From positions 1 through 42,800 of the forward strand of contig CAZIIB010000001.1 of assembly GCA_964539125.1 (NCBI GenBank): a DNA stretch of 42,800 bases, written 5' to 3'. This document shows positions 41,165-42,800 of the stretch, piece by piece. The translations under genes were made by a program, and so were the position numbers. Below the pieces are notes generated by a model. The model searched no databases. It saw only the letters and a list, made by a program, of their open reading frames with translations, and was not told where the DNA came from. The DNA is from an uncultured Thermoanaerobaculia bacterium (GTDB taxonomy: Bacteria; Acidobacteriota; Thermoanaerobaculia; Multivoradales; DATKCC01). The first letter of the stretch is position 1. Each line of letters starts with the position of its first letter.

Positions 41165-42800
41165 GCGCTTCGATTCGGTCGACGGAGAGGCCGGCGAGGC
41201 GGCTGCCGGCCGGCAGCTCGGCGTAGACGAAGAACTTCTCCCCGTCGCCCAGCGAAACCGCCACCGAGGGCTCGCCGGCGAACCGCTCGTCGGCCCAGAC
41301 GCGGGCGCTCCGATCGAGGATCCGGACCCGCCCGGACCGGGCGCCGGTCTCCAGGCTCACCCGGTATCGCCCCGGCTCCAGGTAGGCTTTGAACAGGCTC
41401 CACTGACCCGGCGCGGTGTAGGTGACGAGCCCGGCGCGAGCGCGCATCGCGTCGTCGGGCAGCCGGGCGTCGGCGGGGGAGAACCGCCGCTGGGTCGTCC
41501 ACGGCACGGGGTCCGGATCGATCCGGTAGAGCCGCAGCTCGCCGCCGTCGCGCCACGACCCGGCGGACCAGGTCCGCACCGGCGGGAAGCTCTCGAAGAT
41601 CCGGCGGTAGCGGGCGGCGGAGGCGGCGAGCCCGGGGTCCTCGAGGTTGTCGGGGTGGAGGAAACGCCCGTACGAGCCGGAGGCGAGGAACAGGAAGTCG
41701 TACGCCGGGTCCCGGAGCTCCTCCGGGGTGAGGCGGATCGCGAAGCGTGGCTTACGGGCCGGGAAGCGCCATGCCGGGACCAGCGCGGGGGTATAGGACT
41801 CCTGGATGAAGGTGGAGCCGGGGGGCAGGTGGGCCTCGATCCAGCGGGCGGCCACCTCCCGGGTCGTCGGCCGGGCGAGGCGCACGACCTGGCCGGCGCT
41901 GTGGGCTGCCGGCACTGCGAAGACGGCGAGCGCCAGGGCCATGCGGGCGGCCGGGACGCTCCCTCGCGGCGTCCCCCGAGGGGCGAGCCGCCGGCCCAGC
42001 CACCGCCAGCAGCCGGCGAGGCCGGCGCCCAGAATCACCGCCAGCATGGGGAGGATGGGCAGGAGGTTGCGCGGGACCGCCATCTCCATCTGGAGGACCA
42101 GCCCGGCGAAGACCACGGGAAAGGGCAGCATCCAGGCGAGGCGGGCCCGCTCCGGGCGCTCCAGCGCGGCCGCGCCCAGGAGACCCGCGACCAGGGCGGG
42201 GGCACCCGAGCTTCGCGCGAGCTGTCCCAGGTAGTACAGCGAGTTGCTGGCCCTCACCACGCCCGTCCAGCCTCGGGAGGTGTACTGCCGGACGCCGAAC
42301 AGGATGTCGGCGCCGCCACCGAAGACCGCGTGGGGGAAGGCGAGGAGGCTCGGGGTGGTGGCCAAGAACGCGGCGAGGGCGGTGAGGGCGGCCCACCCGA
42401 GGCCACCGCCGAGCCGGCGCTCGCGCAGCCGCCAGCGCAACCAGACCGCGGCGACCGCGACGGCCACCAGGCCGGCTGGGTACTTGCTGCCGGCGGCAAG
42501 CCCCGCCCACAGGCCGGCGAGGACGTAGTCCCGGGTCCGCTCATGCTCCAGGAGCGCCGAGGTCTGCATCAGGCAGAGGGCGGCGAAGAAGGCTCCGGGA
42601 ACGTCCGAGATGTTCAGGTGGGCGATGCCCATGTACAGGGGGGAGAGCACCGCCAGGCCGCCGGCCGCCACCGCCGCGTCGTCGCCGGAGATCCGCCGCG
42701 CGGTGACGAAGACCGGAACCACTGTCAGGGCCCCCAGGCTGGAGGTCACGACGCGGGTCACCAGGACGGCCCGGGCAAGCTCCCCGTCGACTCCGTACAG
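41139..42800 (-). CDS. GT-C fold membrane glycosyltransferase, GT39/ArnT/PMT_2-like (5'-truncated by the window edge)
   Basis: The frame stays open from 42761 to the window end at 42800. PMT_2-like TM pattern (LGALTVVPVFVTARRISG..., LSPLYMGIAHLNISD). C-terminal ~200-aa soluble domain. The 3' end overlaps the convergent gene by 26 nt. Confidence 0.8.
   Translation of the reverse strand: MYGVDGELARAVLVTRVVTSSLGALTVVPVFVTARRISGDDAAVAAGGLAVLSPLYMGIAHLNISDVPGAFFAALCLMQTSALLEHERTRDYVLAGLWAGLAAGSKYPAGLVAVAVAAVWLRWRLRERRLGGGLGWAALTALAAFLATTPSLLAFPHAVFGGGADILFGVRQYTSRGWTGVVRASNSLYYLGQLARSSGAPALVAGLLGAAALERPERARLAWMLPFPVVFAGLVLQMEMAVPRNLLPILPMLAVILGAGLAGCWRWLGRRLAPRGTPRGSVPAARMALALAVFAVPAAHSAGQVVRLARPTTREVAARWIEAHLPPGSTFIQESYTPALVPAWRFPARKPRFAIRLTPEELRDPAYDFLFLASGSYGRFLHPDNLEDPGLAASAARYRRIFESFPPVRTWSAGSWRDGGELRLYRIDPDPVPWTTQRRFSPADARLPDDAMRARAGLVTYTAPGQWSLFKAYLEPGRYRVSLETGARSGRVRILDRSARVWADERFAGEPSVAVSLGDGEKFFVYAELPAGSRLAGLSVDRIEALTARSPAP

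Overview
Very GC-rich bacterial chromosomal window. Single 60-nt lines I hand-counted give about 75% G+C, and 62-63% inside one atypical gene. Because of the GC content the six-frame track is full of long Arg/Pro/Gly-rich shadow ORFs. I called genes only where the translation shows recognisable family motifs or a signal peptide or TM pattern.

Layout:
(i) 1-9.7 kb is housekeeping, all on the + strand: flavodoxin-like FMN reductase, MBL-fold lipoprotein, RNase III (rnc), asparaginyl-tRNA synthetase (asnS), membrane-fused spermidine-synthase-like protein, EamA transporter, long acyl-CoA dehydrogenase and a quinone oxidoreductase.
(ii) 9.7-13.5 kb holds a divergent pair: a secreted Cys-rich/EF-hand-like protein and a SARP/BTAD regulator with a degenerate STAND-like N-domain.
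(iii) 13.5-42.8 kb is a mosaic, frequently strand-switching cell-envelope glycan synthesis and decoration locus. It contains:
- three alkaline-phosphatase-superfamily 'sulfatase' paralogues, all with Thr at the formylglycine position
- three GT-C/GT39-like membrane glycosyltransferases
- an MBOAT O-acyltransferase paired with a 1107-aa AlgJ/AlgX-like + PD40 propeller + LamG fusion
- a GT2, a GT4, two SDR epimerase/dehydratases, a Gfo/Idh/MocA oxidoreductase and two SAM methyltransferases
- a NodB deacetylase, a nucleotidyltransferase, a Wzx-like flippase and an SGNH esterase with a dockerin-like tail
- a lower-GC orphan secreted protein with its own near-consensus promoter and terminator

I saw no tRNA, rRNA, CRISPR array, transposase, integrase or recognisable defence genes.

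The best candidates for something undescribed are the periplasmic-face decoration machinery (GT-C plus Thr-type AP-superfamily transferases plus the MBOAT/AlgX fusion), the two orphan secreted proteins, and a REP-like hairpin element present twice with compensatory stem changes. Taxonomy cannot be established from the sequence alone; a high-GC Gram-negative of Acidobacteriota or Myxococcota style is only a guess.
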